This document shows positions 37,133 to 50,201 of a stretch of DNA of 64,000 nucleotides, one piece after another (the stretch's first letter is position 1; each line of letters begins with the position of its first letter). The DNA is taken from NCBI RefSeq assembly GCF_018977255.1, contig NW_024704743.1, positions 112,532,001 through 112,596,000 on the forward strand, read 5' to 3'. Position numbers and translations under genes: made by a program. This stretch comes from Callorhinchus milii (lineage: Eukaryota). Under the pieces are notes generated by a model. The model worked only from the letters and a program-made list of their open reading frames with translations, was not told where the DNA came from and made no database searches.

Positions 37133-38394
37133 TAGTGAATTCCAAATAACCAACAACCTTCAAAACCTGGGACTATCTATCAACAAAAAACATGAATTCA
37201 TTCACCAACCTACTGCTCAATTGCTTTTAGTTCAGTTCTTCGTTCATTTTCTACTTTATCAACTCGAGCTGGTTATTAATCATTCAGTACAAATTGCCAA
37301 ATCCAGTTATATATCAGCCCCAATTCTGCCTTCACATGCACTGCCAACAATAATTGGCAGCATGCATTGATTTTTTTGGCCAGTCTTGTTTGTTTCTATA
37401 GTGTATTCAATGATACTTAGATTTTACTGTATCTAATCACCTGAACAAGAAAGAAAAACACTCACTGAGAGATAATAATTCTCTGCAATAAAATTGCAGC
37501 AGCATCTCTCTGTACCCCATTAACCCACACCCTTTTTCCATTTCCAACACTCAAAGCAACAATGTTTAAATGGGTTTCATGCTCAGGGTGAAACCTTTCT
37601 TATACTACGATTGGAATAAACGGATGATTTTCTTACTGGATACTGATGTGAAAGTATTTTGCAAAAACAATGGCTAGGCCAAGCACCAATTTCAATTGTG
37701 AAAATGTAGTGTGCATTTAAAATGTTATCATACAGTAATCACTTTCTCACATGGAGGAGATAAATAAATAGTGTCACAGTGGCATTGCAACAGCAAAGAC
37801 GGTATGGAATGTTACAATTTATACACAAAGTAAACAACAACAACAAAATTACATTTGTAGAGCGCCTTTCATGTCGGGAGTAAATTAAAACATCCTGAAA
37901 ATACAGTGTGTCAGAAATGTGGTGACACGATTTCAAACCTAATTTGAACATGGCTAAACAACTTAAGTTGTTACTTTTGATGCATATTACTTCAAAGGAT
38001 TATGCAATGGAATCCATTTATTCAATCTACGGACAAAAGTGTGTTCCCCATCTGTCAAACACCCCTCTGCAAGAATATACCACATATAAAGCAACATAAT
38101 CTTGGGTTTTATTACGTTGAGATCTCCATGTGCATTCCCACGTCACACCCCCTTTTTTTTGCCAATACTGTATCAAGTGGTTTTCATAAGATCTGCATCT
38201 TTTCTGATCTTCCTTTGCCAAGTTAACTGTTGTCCTCACCTTCTTCGATGCTGGCTTCTAGTCTGATACCTGCCTTGAATAATAATACAATCTTTGCATT
38301 TGATATAGTGTGTTATCACATTGTTGAGACATCTCAAAGTGCTTCTGAAGATTTGACCTTGAAATCCAGTGACTGTGTATTTCTAGATGAATCA

Positions 38395-39060
38395 ACAACA
38401 GCAACAACAACAACTTGCATTTATATAGTGCCCTCCACGCCGGGCAACGTCTCAGAGAGCTTAACAATGACGGAGCCCAAGGCCGAGTCAGGGGGAGGGG
38501 GAAATGACCATAGGTTGCCAGGTAGATGTTGTCAATTTTAGAGGTAAGGAAGTCCATGACCTCTTCGCACTTGACGTTAAATGTGATGATTGAAGGTACT
38601 TGAGGGGGCGCACGGAGGAGGTGGTAGGCAGAGGAGAATAGGATTTTGGAGATATTGTTGGCCTCCAGTATGATGTTTGAATAGTGACAGTCTTTGCTTG
38701 CGACAGGGAGCGGGTCTGTTTGAGCCACAGTTGCTGGTGAACTATGAGGCTGGTTTTCTGCCACCTGCGCTCGAGCAGCCAGGTTTGGGATTTCAGGGAG
38801 TGGAGATGGCTGTTGTACCAGGGGTTTGGAGATGGTCCTGGATTTCGGGGGGACAAGAGAGTTGAAAGTGGAGGAGAGGCGATCATGGAGCAGCTTGACC
38901 GCTGCTTCAGGGTCACTACGGGTGGAAGGCCAGAGGGATAGGAGGTCTGAGGATGAGAGAGCCTTTGTGAGGGTCTTGGGGGGAAGCCTTTTCCATGGGC
39001 CCAAAAGTATGGTTGGGGGCTTGATGGAGGAAAGAGGGATGCGAGAGGAGGAGGAGAATT
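38395..39060 (-). mobile_element. L2 fragments (3' tail joined to an upstream ORF2 segment)
   Basis: Tail at 38395-38500. ORFs 38258..39004 and 38488..38916 give PWY..LERRWQK, YSNIILEA..ILFS, the L2 region between endonuclease and RT. Confidence 0.82.
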
Positions 39061-39944
39061 CTCATGAGTAACTGCCTCATTATGTGCCCTTGCTATTTAA
39101 GCTTTCTTTTTTTAAAATTTATAATTGTTCTGATCTCTATCCATCCAAAAGCATATTTTGGCATTCCTTCTCCAGACTTTTCATTCTGAAGTCATTTTTT
39201 CTGAAGCATTACATGTGCAGGCTATCTAAACTTATTTCATATTGCTTCTTAAATTTCCATGTCTCAGTGTTGTAGAGAACTTCAGAAAAAATCACTGCCA
39301 AACACATTTCAATGTCCAGCTTAATAAAGAGGATTGGCCATGACTCCTGTAAATAACTGTATAGAAACAACTCACTCCAAAGTAGATTCAACCAGCAATA
39401 ATGTAGGAAAGGTATGTGTAATTAAACTCACGTTGCCTACAATTTATACTCTCTTCAGCCTTCATTCTTCCTCATTCACATAATAACTAGTTTTTTTTAA
39501 TTAATTAACAATGTTGACACAATTTAGAGGATTCTGGTATTTTTAAATGTTTTTCTCCTCCACTCTTGGAGACAGTGATTTCTACTGGTGCAAGTAATGC
39601 ATTCATTACTATATGTTCAGACAATATACTTGCTAGCAAGCATCATTGGATGGTAAAAAGGAATAGAAACCCTAGTCACTATTTTCTTCCTAGCCTGAGG
39701 ACAGCCCTTTCCGAGTACATTTAAGTATCTCAGCAATGACCAAGTAATATCTTTTTGATGTCTATGTACAATACAAAATTACATTTGGATAGCGCCTTTC
39801 ACATTGGGGAAAAGTCCCAAAATATTACATTTTTAAAAAAACTATATCCTTGATTCCTAACATGTTTTACCATTACTAATTGCATTGGAATATTTATAAG
39901 CATAATCCTTGCATTTGATATAACGCATTACATCATTACATACA

Positions 39945-40252
39945 TCTCAGCCCCGAGGCTCTGGAACTCTATCCCCCAGTGTCTTCGCCTTGCTTCCTCC
40001 CTCTCCTCCTTCAAGGCCGGTCTCAAAACCTTTCTCTTTGACCGAGCCTTCAGCTCCCCTCTCGACTCTCTTCCCCCTTCTCGCTCCCTCCCTTCCCTCC
40101 CCTCACCCTGACCATTTCCCCCCTCCTCGCTCCCTCCCCTCCCCTCACCCTGACCATTTCCCCCCTGCTCGGGTCATGACCCAACTGTGCAGCGCCTTGG
40201 GACGTCCTCCTGACGTGAAAGGCGCTTTATAAATGGAATCTTGTTGTTGTTG
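39945..40252 (+). mobile_element. L2 3' fragment with internal tandem duplication in the UTR
   Basis: Near-identical to 15000-15298. The unit ctcgctccctcc..cctcaccctgaccatttcccccc occurs twice. Confidence 0.88.
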
Positions 40253-43200
40253 TACATGTGGGTGGGGAGGGGTGGGCAGGGAGGTCATAGAGTTTCAAAG
40301 AATTTAATGTACTTTGGCAAGGACCGGGTAGAAACTCCCTTTTCTTTTCGTATAGTGCGACCGGCTCTTTAACAAGCAGACGGTATCTCAAATTAAAGCC
40401 ACACTCCGATGGATGAAAACTCCAATGTAGGCCTTCCTCAGCACTGCTTTGGATTGTTAGCCTAGACCCTGAGTTCAAAGTCTCAACATGGGGCTTGAAC
40501 CCACAAGTGGTGACTCAGTGGTGACAGTGCTACCAACTGCAACCAAATAAGTGTTATTAAATACAACTCTTCTGGGATGCAATCATTAGTACATCTTAAG
40601 AGTGGAACTACATACCTTACAGTACCTTGTATTCTATCTGTGGGAGCTAATACAATGGTTTGTTGCAAAATGTCCATGAGCACCATTACTGTCGTGCTGT
40701 TTTTCAACTTACATTTGAATAATAACCAGATTTGATACTTAGCTGTTATTAAGATGAAATAATGCGTAGAATAGAATGTTACGGTACTTTGCTGCAATTT
40801 ATTACTTTAAGCAAAATTCCACGTAACCAGGGAATAGTGAACCACCATTTTCAACATCTGATTGTAATTTTCTCCATTATACATTTATGATGATTGGAAC
40901 TAGCACTCCATATAATTTTATGGTGTATTTATATTGCAGACACACTTCAGCAAGCAGCTCCACAATATTGGCTAAGACACCAGGTGCTGTGAAAACCACC
41001 CTGTTTATGTTGTGTGAAAAATTCCACTGCAGCTGCAACACAAACACAACTGAAAGTGTGTAAGGTTCGCATGCACAGTTTGTCCCTGGCTATCTGGCAG
41101 TTGAATGCTATCAGTAGAAATGGACTTAAAATAAAACCTTAGTACCCAAATCATAAGCATCTCATTTTACAGATTAAACACACACACACATGATAAAACT
41201 GGACAGCTTTATTCTGTCCAACACACTAGAAATCCATGAACACATCTGCCAAAACTATACCAGGCATCAACACAGGGATTGTCCAACCTAAAACTCACTG
41301 AAGATTTAGCATTTCCAATGGTTGAGTGTAATCTGTCTTTGGAATTTCCATGTGTAGATGGGACAATAACAATCGTCCTTTAATTTGATATAGCGCCTTA
41401 TCATGTCTTCGAGACGTCTCGAGACGGAATGCATGGAATTCTTAGTTTAGTTTGTATACTCTTAAACATGGTGATGGGTTTCCACATGTGTAAGATTCCC
41501 AACTGACTGAAAAAAATATTGGTTGAGGGTGTATTGGAGAGAATAACAAGACATCTGTAGTCTCTTTGACTGGAAACCCACTCAGGAAGTCAAGCAGGTG
41601 AACCAGCCAGTGGAGTGACCTTCAAACTAATAATGATGGCCAAGAGTTTTTTTAAATTACAGTATTTTTAATTTTTCGGTTTCAGGTACAGTTTCTAGGT
41701 TCGAATTAGGGATACCCAAGGTATAGTAAGACCAGAGTTTATGGTGTTGTTTTCTATTGAAACTATAACTAACTTCAGCAGTGTACAATCACGCAAAATC
41801 CCCACTATTACTAAAACCACTTTGCTTTAAGAAATGCATAAACGGAGTGTTTTGTTTCTTAAAATTGGTTTACTTGAATACACAAAGCACAAAACAAGGC
41901 AATATTTTCATATTGGAAATTCATATAATTGAAAATTATAATTCATATTATAATTTCATATTATAAATAAATAAAACTAATTTGGTCACTCAATCCACGA
42001 TTGTTGTGGGACACTGCTGTGCGCAATTGGCTGCCACGATTTGCCCACAAAATATACAGTCAAATCACTTTACAATATATTCTGTGAAGTGCTTTGAGAC
42101 ACCTTGAAGACATGATAAGGCGCAATATCAAAAAATTATTATTATTTCTGCTTAGTGACTCTAGATGAGGTAAACATCCTTTCACTCTTACTGTGACTTA
42201 TCCCACTCACGCAAAACCACTTCTTGATTTGCGGTTGAAAAGTAATTCTGAGAAATCGTGTTTCCAAAAAGACTTTAAAATGTACTTTTTCAAGGTTTCT
42301 TTTTACAAAGAAGCATAAATATGTTAATAACATAACCCCATGCAGATAGATTTTTGGATACATTTTTTTGGATAGATTATTTTTCACTTTCTAAGTTTAC
42401 TTTAAGTAGAAAAGGGAAAAATTCTCAGAGAAGAATGGTACCGAAAGCTTAGAAGTGCCAGAGTAAGCAAACCTGAAAGATGTTCAACTCGGTCAGAGTT
42501 CTACATGTTGAACTTGGCTGGAATAGATTGATTACCCAACTGAAGTGAGTACTGTGGCCATTGGGTACAGACTTGTGACACTGTTTATGGAGGAAAACAA
42601 TCTTTTTCTTTTAACTGTACATTGACTGATTGTTTCAGCATAACCTAGATCATAGAAAAATATCTACTTGACTGCGTGAGCAAAATCATTATGTTTTATA
42701 ACTATATGGAAGGCTCTTCTGTGTGATCATTAATTACAGTTTCCAGTCAATGCGAACTTGTGACCACCAAGCGAATCGATTACCAATTGCATTGTGAGTT
42801 CATCTAATTTTACTTAAAAGGAAGATATCAGAATAATACATATATAATCATTACATTTGATGTCATGCCTTATCACATTGTTGAGACGAAATAATAATTT
42901 CTTTATAAATTGGTCACTTAAAACCATGACTGTTTGTGGGACACTGTTGTGCGCAATTGGCTGCCGCGTTTTGCCCACAAAATATACAGTCAATTCACTT
43001 TACAGTATATTCTGTGAAGCGCTTTGAGACGTATTGAAGATATGATAAGGCGCTATATCAAGTGCAAGAATTATCATTATTATTATTGGTCATTCACTTT
43101 ATAGCTTTCACTAGCCTCTGCTGGTGGGACTCCCCAGTTCTTCCCAACACTGCTGCAGATTATTCTTGCCAAAGCTCTGGAACGGGTTGTTGCCAATCAA

Positions 43201-43352
43201 CTTTGTGCACATCTCTCCCTCCACACCCTACTCAAATTCCTCCAGTCCGTTTCCGCCCTGCCCACAGTACAGCGATAGTGATCGTGAAGGTCACAAACGA
43301 AATCCTCTCTCTCTGTGATCAGGGCTCCCTCTGCCTCCTCGTCCTCCTGGAC

Positions 43353-45585
43353 AACAACAACAACAACTTGGATTTATATAGCGCCCTCCACGCCGGACAG
43401 CGTCTCAGAGCGCTTTACAGTTTAGGATCCCGGGACCGAGTCAGGGGGAGGGGGAGGTAGGTGACCAAAGGCGCGGTCGAAAAGAAAGGTCTTCAGCAGA
43501 GACCTGAAAATGGGAAGGGAGGGAGCAAGATGAAGGGAGTGAGGAAGCAGTTTCAGAGCCTCGGGGTGTAGTGGCTGAAGGCTCGGCCGCCGAGGGTAGA
43601 GCGGAGGACTCGGGGGACAAGGAGGAGGTCAGACCCGGAGGAAAGAAAACAACGGATGTGGGGGAGGAAGGATAACTGGCGGTCGAACCTGACGCCTAGG
43701 TTGTATACGGGTTCAGAGAGTTTTAGTGGGAGGTCGGGTAGGTGGAGGAGGTGGGAACCGTGAGAATTTAGACGTTGACGAGAGCCGAAGAGTATGGCTT
43801 CCGTCTTGTCAACATTCAGCTGAAGGAAGTTTGCGCTCATCCAGCTCTGAGGTCTGACAGGCAGGCTGACAGAACATCAGGGGACTGGGGGTCGCAAAGA
43901 GAGGTGGAAAAGTAGAGTTGGGTGTCATCTGCATACATGTGGAAATGTACCCCATGTCTGCAGATGACATCCCCAAGAGGGAGTATGTAGATCAGAAAGA
44001 GGAGGGGGCCAAAGATGGATCCTTGGGGTACCCCGCAGGTGACCGGGTGAGAGCGGGAGGAGAAGCCGTTTATGCAGATATACTGCTGGCAGTTTGTGAG
44101 GTAGGACTCGAACCAGGCGAGTGCGGTCCCACTGAGGTGGGTGACAGAGGAAAGGGGGTGGAGGAGGATGGTGTGATCGACTGTGTCAAACATGGCGGAG
44201 TGGTCCGGGAGGACAAGGAGGCAGAGGGAGCCATGGACACAGATAGAGAGGATGTCGTTTGTGACTTTCACAAGCGCAGTCTCTGTACTGTGGGCAGGGC
44301 GGAAACCGGACCGGAGGGGTTTGAAGAGGAAGTGGGAGGAGAGGTGTGCACGGATTTGATTTGCAACAAAGCGTTCTAAAACTTTTGAGAGGAAGGGCAG
44401 GTTAGAAATAGGGTGGTAATGGCTGGGGTTTGAGGGATCTAGGGAGGGTTTTTTCACGAGGGGGGTGATGACAGCAGTTTTGAGGGGGGCAGGGACTGAT
44501 CCGGAGGAGAGGGACTGGTTGATAATGTCAGCCAGTAGTGGGGAGAGGAGGGTGAGCTGTGTGACCAGTAAGTTGGTGGGGAGGGGAGTCGAGGCAGCAG
44601 GTGGTGGGTTTCATGGAGGTGATGGTGGGTAAGAGGGAGGAGGAGAGATGGGGAAGAAAGAGTTTAGAAAGGGGGTGGTGGTAGGAGCAGATGATGAGGA
44701 AGGTGAGGAAGGCAGAGAGGGCGTGGTGGTGGGTGACAAGGGGTAGGTGGATGAGGTTGCCTGACGGATGTTCAGTATTTTAGCTGAAAAGAAGTCCATG
44801 ACCTCCTCGCACTTTGCATTCGATATGAAGATTGAGGAGGTCTGAGGGGGGGCACGGAGGAGGTAGTGGGTGGTGGAAAAAAGGATTTTGGGGTTGTGTT
44901 TAGCCTCCAAGATGATGTTGGAGTAGAAGGCCGTTTTTGCGCGTGTCAAAGAATGGCAATAGCTGTGGAAATGCTCGAGCCACAGTTGGCAGTGAACTAT
45001 CAGGTCAGTTTTCCGCCATCTGTGCTCGAGCAGACGGGTTTGGGTTTTTTTTGCGGCGGAGATTGTTGTTGTACCAGGGGATCGGGTGGGTTTGGAGATG
45101 GTCCTGGATTTTAGGGGGACGTGCGAGTTGAAAGTTGAGAGCGATCATGAAGCAGCTGGACGGCTGCTTCAGGATCTCCGCAGGTGGAAGGCCAGAGGAA
45201 TAATAATAAAATAATAATAATCTTTGCATTTGATATAGCGCTTTTCACGTCGGGAGGACGTCCCAAAGCGCTTCACAGAACACACTGTAAAGTGAATTGA
45301 CTGTATATTTGTGTGCGAACGTGGCAGCCAATTGCGCACAGCAATGTCCCACAAACAGTCGTAGATTGAAAATGACCAATTTATTATTGTTTTTGGTTTT
45401 GGAGGGATTATTATTAGGCTCTGTGTGGAGTAAGGAAACTTGCCCAAGGTTTCGCCCTGCCTGGAATTGAACTCAGGTCTCTGCTTGCAAAGCGAGTGCT
45501 CTAACCACTGAGCTACAGGACTCCACAAAATAGGATGTTTGAAGATGAGAGGGCCTTTGAGAGGGTCTCAGGGGGTAGTCTTTTC
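43353..45585 (-). mobile_element. Inner L2 (-), ~1.9 kb, with internal deletion, itself interrupted by a SINE
   Basis: ORFs 44611..44949, 43837..44457 (GVPQGSIFGP, YADDTQLY) and 43553..43840. (GTT)n tail at 43353-43367. Confidence 0.93.
45199..45526 (-). mobile_element. SINE family A, young subtype, inserted in the inner L2
   Basis: Near-identical to the 60044 copy. Its flanks are contiguous in the homologous L2 at ~38921-38960. Confidence 0.92.
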
Positions 45586-47196
45586 CTCTCCACTGAGCTC
45601 GATACAGTCAATCACGTCATCCTCCACCACCGCCTGTCCTCCATCATCCACTTCAGTGGGACTGCACTCGCTTGGTTCCAGTCCTATCTTACAAACTGCC
45701 AGCAATACATTTCTGCAAATGGCTTTTCTTCTCACTTCCACCTAGTCACCTGCGGGGACCCCAGGAATCCATCCTTGGCCCCCTTCTCTTCCCCATCTAT
45801 ATGCTCCCTCTCAGTGATGTAATTGGCAGACATGGGGTTAACTTTCACATGTATGGGGATGACACTCAACTCTACTTTTCCACCTCCAGCTGCAACCCTC
45901 AGTCTCCTGAAGTTCTGTCAGTTTGTCTGTCGGACATCAGGAGCTGGATGAGCGCAAATTTCCTGCAGTTAAACGTCAACAAGACGGAAGCCATACCCTT
46001 TGGCTCCTGTCGACGTCTTCTGTCCCATGGTTCCGACCTCCTCTACCTACCCGACCTGTCCTTAAAACTCTCCGAACCAAGCACAACTTAGGTGTCAGGT
46101 TTGATCCCCAGTTATCCTTCCTCCCACACATCCAGTCCCTGACCAGCACCGCTTTCTTCCACCTCCGCCACATTGCTCGTCTCCAGCAATACTGCACCCC
46201 AAAAGCTGCCGAAACCCTCGTCCGTGCCTTTGTCACCTCTCGGCTGGACTACTCTAACGCCCTCTTCGCCAGTCTCCCATCCTCTACTATTCATAAAATT
46301 CAGCTCATTCAAAACTCCGCCGCCCGCATTCTCATCCGTACCAAACATCGTGCCTCGATTACTCCAATCCTTGCCAAACTCCACTGGCTCCCTGTCACAG
46401 AGCGGATCGACTTCAAGATCCTCACTCTGGTGTTTAAATCCTTCCATTCCTTGGCATCCCCCTATCTCTCTAACCTCTTCTCTCCCCACAGCAGTACCCG
46501 CTGCCTCCACTGTACTGGGTTCAGCCACCTCCATGTCCTCCGAATCCTCCGCTCCACCATCGGTGGCAGTGCCTTCAGCCACTACACCCCGAAACTTTGG
46601 AACTCCTTCCCTCAACCCCTTCGTCTCGCCCCCTTCTTCCCCATCTTCACGCCGGGCCTGAAGACCTTCCTCTTTGACCGCGCCTATGGTCACCTTCCCC
46701 CTCCCCTGGCTCGGCCTCGGGCTCCGCCATTGTTAAGCGCTCTGCATGGAGGGAGCTATATAAATGCAAGCTGTTGTTATATTCAAAACTCTGAAGTCTG
46801 TGCCCTCTCCCGCACCAGGTTCCGTAAGCCTATCACCCCTTTGATCCATCAGCTGTTCTTCCCCCAGCAGATCAAATTCAAGCACCTTGTTCTTACCTTT
46901 AAATCCCTCCTCAGTGTGACCTCCTTCAAACCTACCAACCCAGCCCTTCCCTTCACTTAGTGAACACTGCCCTGCTTCATTGCTTCATGTCCCGTGCCCA
47001 ATCTGCCCCCACCCGACCATTAGTGGGCTGGTTCTCAGACAATTATTTGTTGGATTTAATGTTTCCCCCCTTTGTTTTGCATTATTAACACCTCTATTCC
47101 CTCTATTCCCCTGCATTCTGAAGTTTTCTGTCCATGTTCTTGCACAAGAAAGAAAACCCAAATCTATAATTGGAACAACCAGCCGATAATGACTGA

Positions 47197-47510
47197 GTGT
47201 CAGCCTGGCTCAGCATTAATGCTGCTGAATTGGAAGTTTGTGGGTTCAAGCTGCACATCAGGGCTTTGATCTCTCAGTCTGAGCAGATTCTCTCAACTCC
47301 AATTCAGACCCGGGGGATGTGCTGTGTTGTCAAAAGTGTCATCCTTCAGTTGAGACATTAAACTAAACCCAGATCTCGTTTACTTATTCAGGTGGACCCA
47401 AAAGATCCCACATCACTATTCTAAAAGAGGAGTTTCTCCCAGTGTCCGACCAATAATCCCCCAAATACAATTGGCCATTCACTTTATGGCTATTTGTGGG
47501 ACATTGTTGC
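47197..47510 (+). mobile_element. SINE family B (DeuSINE)
   Basis: gtgtcagcctggctcag head, ttcaggtggacccaaaagatccc, gtgggacattgttg. Confidence 0.75.
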
Positions 47511-47758
47511 AATCCCCCCACTTCGTTTTGCATCATTAACACCTCTTTAACCCGTCATCCCCTGTCCTCTACCCTATTTTCTCCTTTGTCTTCCTTGCCC
47601 TGCCTCCCCCCTGTCTGTTAGCCCTTAAAAGTCTTTACCTCCCAACGTGTCCCAGTTCTGACAAAGGGTCGTGGACCCGAAACGTTGATTCACTTTCCTT
47701 TCTCCATAGATGCTGCCTGACCTGCTGTGTGTTCCCAGCAGCTTCTATTTTTGTTTCA
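47511..47758 (+). mobile_element. Penelope-type terminal fragment containing a hammerhead ribozyme motif (47654-47690)
   Basis: agtt-CTGACAA-a-gggtc-gtg-gaccc-GAAAC-GTT-gatt, followed by ctccatagatgctgcctgacctgctg. Confidence 0.65.
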
Positions 47759-48031
47759 TAATAATATCTGAATTTGATATTGCATCTTATCACGTTAACA
47801 AGATGTCTCAAAGTGCTTCACAGAATATACTGCAAAGTGGATTTACTTTGTGGACGAATAATAATACAAAATAACAAACTTACACCCACATTCAGACACT
47901 ACCCCTAAAAACCTGGAAATTCACCCTGAAATAATAAAAATAATAATAATAATCCTTGCATTTGATATAGCGCCTTATTACGTCTTCGAGACGTTTCAAA
48001 GCGCTTCACAGAATATACTTCGGAGGATTCA

Positions 48032-48353
48032 TGGAGTCCTGCAGTTCAGTGGTTAGAGCACTCGCATTGCAAGCAAGACACCTGGGTTCAATTCCAGGCA
48101 GGGCGAAACCTTGGGCAAGTTTCCTTACTCTACACGCCTAATAATAATCCCTCCAAAATAAAAAAACCATAATAAATTGGTCATTTTCAATCTACAACTG
48201 TTTTTGGGACACTGCTGTGCGCAATTGGCTGCCGTATTTCGCTCACAAATATACAATCAATTCACTTTACAGTCTATTCTGTGAAGCGCTTTGAGATGTC
48301 AAGAAGATGTGAAAAGCGCTATATCAAATGCAAGGATTATTATTATTATTATT
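48032..48353 (+). mobile_element. SINE family A inserted into an antisense SINE tail (47940-48020 / 48353-48390)
   Basis: TACTT duplicated at 48016-48020 and 48353-48357. The host sequence cagaatatact..aaagtga is split. Confidence 0.88.
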
Positions 48354-49391
48354 ACTTTAAAGTGACTTGATTGTATATTTTGTGGGAGAAATCTGTTTCA
48401 GGAGTTTGTCAACTCCTTTCTTTCAGTCCCACCATCTAACAACCACCTGATGGGAAAATAAGAACTCCTACGTCAAAGATTTTGAAAAAAAACAGTCATC
48501 TGACTAGGGAGATAAGTAGAATTGCCCAAAAAGTAGAGTGCTTCATGGGAAAAAACAGCACAGAGTGAATAGGAGGCAGGAAATTATATTTGATTTGTGA
48601 TAACATTTGTGCAGGATTCCAGATGTAATATTTTTATGGGAATTGAGCCATGGATGCATGTATGTTATTGCAGGGACTATAATCTTAGGCAACTCTTTGG
48701 TCTTAGAGTGAGTAATAGTCTAATGTTCAGCCATTGATGCACTTTATACACTTTCTCAGTCTGTTCCATCACTTCTTTCACACTCCTGGGATGGATAAAT
48801 AAAAGCTCATAGACTGGCATCTGATTCTATTGCATTTGACCTTCTACAGCCTCGACCCTGTCTTTCTGTTGCAGTTTTTCTTGTTTCCATTTTTACAGTT
48901 TTACTAAAATCATTGCTCTTTTGAGGTTTTCTCCATTTTTTTTACAAACTCCAATATGTTGTTCTACATTTCTTCCTCTTCCTTCCAGCCTCCCTGTATT
49001 GGAGTCATAAGTCATCACACAATCTCTCTCTCTAGTGTCCTGTCCCAGATCCTCAAGACTGTCATTCCTATCACCTTCTAGGTGTCCTTACCTCCTTCCT
49101 TCTAGCAATCCAGAGCTTTTAAAAGTTACTTTGACACCACTTACCATTACTTTTTAATTTGTCTCATTTTCTCTCCCACTCTTTTCAATTTAATGGTGTC
49201 ATACACTCTGGCCCTTCGTCCTTCACCCAACTTTACAGCCAAAAAATCTCACAACCCAGATCACAGATAGTTTTTGACAAATATTTGTTTTAATTTGACA
49301 GTTCTACATCTGAGGATTCCTCTTAGCGGGCTCGTGGAAGTTAAATATTGTGAAATAGCATCATAGTCTATCTGAGGAAGAATGCCTCACA

Positions 49392-49800
49392 TGTGTCAGT
49401 CTAGCTCAGTTGGTGATCAGAAAGTTGTGGGTTTAAACCCAACTTTGGAACTTTGAATTCATACTCTAAGCTGATAGTCAAATACAGTGCTGGGGAAGAA
49501 CTGTATTGTTCGAGATGACGTTCCTTCGAATAAGACATTCAACCCAGGTCTCAACTGTCTGTCCCATCCTTATTCAAAAAGTGAAGGGAATTTGTCCTGG
49601 AGTCGTGACTAATAACTCCCCAGATAAAATTGATCATTCATTTCATGACTGTTTGTGGGGCATTACTGTGTATAATTTGGTCCCTGTGTTCGTCTACAAA
49701 ATACACAGTCACTAAACTTTGTAGTAAATCATGTGAAGCACTTTCAGACATCCTCCTGCCTTGAAGGACGCTTAAGCAAATTCAAGGATGAATTAATTAC
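49392..49800 (+). mobile_element. SINE family B (DeuSINE), degenerate
   Basis: tgtgtcagtctagctcagttgg head, gactgtttgtggggcattactgtg, tail. Confidence 0.72.
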
Positions 49801-50201
49801 AAAGACTTATTTACAGCTGTTTGATCTATTAGATAGAATATTTCTGTTGGAAACTCTAAGTGTAAACCTTGAGGCAGGGAGTAGTTGACCTTTTTGTGTT
49901 GGGTATTTGTTGAATGTTCTTCTTGAATGTGGATACTTCAGACTGAAACACTCCTGTTGAGGCAGCTGAAGGTAAAGTAACAATATTAACTGAGTTATTA
50001 TGTGTTATCTATAGAGAAACATCATATAAATGTACTTTTTTATTGTTTCAGCATTGGTGTGCTGAGTTGGTAACATTATGGTACACAAACAAATACAATA
50101 CACTGTCTGGGGTGGTAGTTAATGTCTCATTTACGTATCCTTTAAATTCACTGATTTTTGTTTGGTACATGGAAACATACTGTTACAATTCTGTTCTAAA
50201 T

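Larger units (their letters stand above)
43146..46779 (+). mobile_element. Outer L2 (+), in two parts 43146-43352 and 45586-46779
   Basis: ...SLCLLVLLD (ends 43352) joins ctctccactgagctcgatacagtc (LSTELDTV, equivalent to LSAAFDTV) at 45586. YGDDTQLY and C-terminal ORF 45923..46960 follow. Confidence 0.9.

Noticed and set aside
43353..46779. Twin-priming inversion of a single L2
   Set aside because: Both arms contain the same RT-to-tail region with their own tails, and the plus arm joins 43146-43352, so these are two independent insertions.
45923..46960. 345-aa ORF, the longest in the window
   Set aside because: It is the L2 ORF2 C-terminus reading through the tail into another L2 fragment, not a cellular gene.
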